From contig CDMY01000455.1 in NCBI GenBank assembly GCA_001179505.1, forward strand, positions 9,444-73,443: a stretch of 64,000 nt of DNA, written 5' to 3'. Numbering within the stretch: the first letter of the stretch is position 1; every line of letters starts with the position of its first letter. The notes below the pieces were generated by a model. That model worked only from the letters and a program-made list of their open reading frames with translations. It did no database searches and had not been told where the DNA came from. The translations under genes and the position numbers were made by a program. This stretch comes from Vitrella brassicaformis CCMP3155 (taxonomy: Eukaryota > Protista > Chromerida). Positions 63,315-64,000 of this stretch are shown in pieces.

Positions 63315-64000
63315 GGATGCGGGGCCGGCGCGTCTTCAAACCTACCGATGGCCTGCAAAGGAACAAAGGGCGCTTGTTATGTTGATGGAAGCCTTTTGTC
63401 TCCTCAGCTTCTCGTCCACGCTCTTAAACTTGTTCACCCGGAGGGCCAAAAACTCTCGTCGCACCGAGTGAGAGAGATGACAGGCCGCTGAGGACAGATG
63501 GGGGAGAGCTGGTGGTTGCGGTGGCGGTGCCCATGATGCATTGCAATGATGTCAGCCAGCAGTTGCCGCGAAGGAGGCGGATTATCGGATTCAGCGTGTC
63601 TGAGAATCTGGAGAGCAAGAAGAAAAGAAAGCCGTCTCCTCCGTCTCGCAGAGAATCTCGACAAGGGGGGAAACTGTCATTAACCGTAACACTCGTCTGT
63701 GTGTCCGTGATACTCATACAAATACAGTCCCATCAGCACGCAGAGTCAAACAGGCTCAAGGGGAGGAGGGATCAATCCCCGCCCCATCAAGACACCCCAG
63801 TCCTGCAAACCCTCCCCTCCATGAACACGTTGGCATCGTGTCCCCACACACCGTCACACGTCACCACCAGAGGGCAGAAGGTCAGGCGGGAGTCGCAGAC
63901 GGCCGAGCGGTATTTCTTTTTCTTGGCGGTCTCGTGCTGCTTCAGGATGGACTTGGTCGATCGGTTCTTGGAAGCGTAAGATGTTGCGTCAGGATCCGTA

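Overview
Gene-dense, intron-rich, GC-rich eukaryotic window. The short GT-AG introns full of (TG)n/(GGAT)n/(CAGA)n microsatellites, an oocyst-wall-type protein, an ApiAP2-like factor and a complex-plastid-targeted protein point to a chromerid alveolate, most likely Vitrella brassicaformis (inference, not a database result). About 23 protein-coding loci were reconstructed by eye from the ORF track plus splice sites. Confidently recognised: NMNAT/NadD, a La-motif protein, an intact multi-exon telomerase reverse transcriptase (TERT, 9247-14821), Vti1 SNARE, mitochondrial ABC transporter ATM1/ABCB7, isoprenylcysteine methyltransferase, a Cys/Tyr/His-rich oocyst-wall-like protein and a damaged tyrosyl-tRNA synthetase. 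Most unusual points: (i) TERT lies between a La-RRM-DUF3223 gene and a RECQL4-like gene that lacks the first ATPase lobe and motif VI; (ii) a TyrRS copy with a frameshift at the HIAQ motif, Gly at the tyrosine-recognising Asp and an eroded anticodon domain; (iii) three importin-alpha-derived paralogs without IBB or WxxxN NLS-binding residues; (iv) a CBM48-ankyrin-F-box-like fusion; (v) a cyclin-fold fusion to a lineage-specific domain with an in-frame TAG. No tRNA, rRNA, CRISPR array or transposase was recognised. Three 300-N assembly gaps are present. Coordinates span start to stop codon including introns, and exon boundaries are manual.
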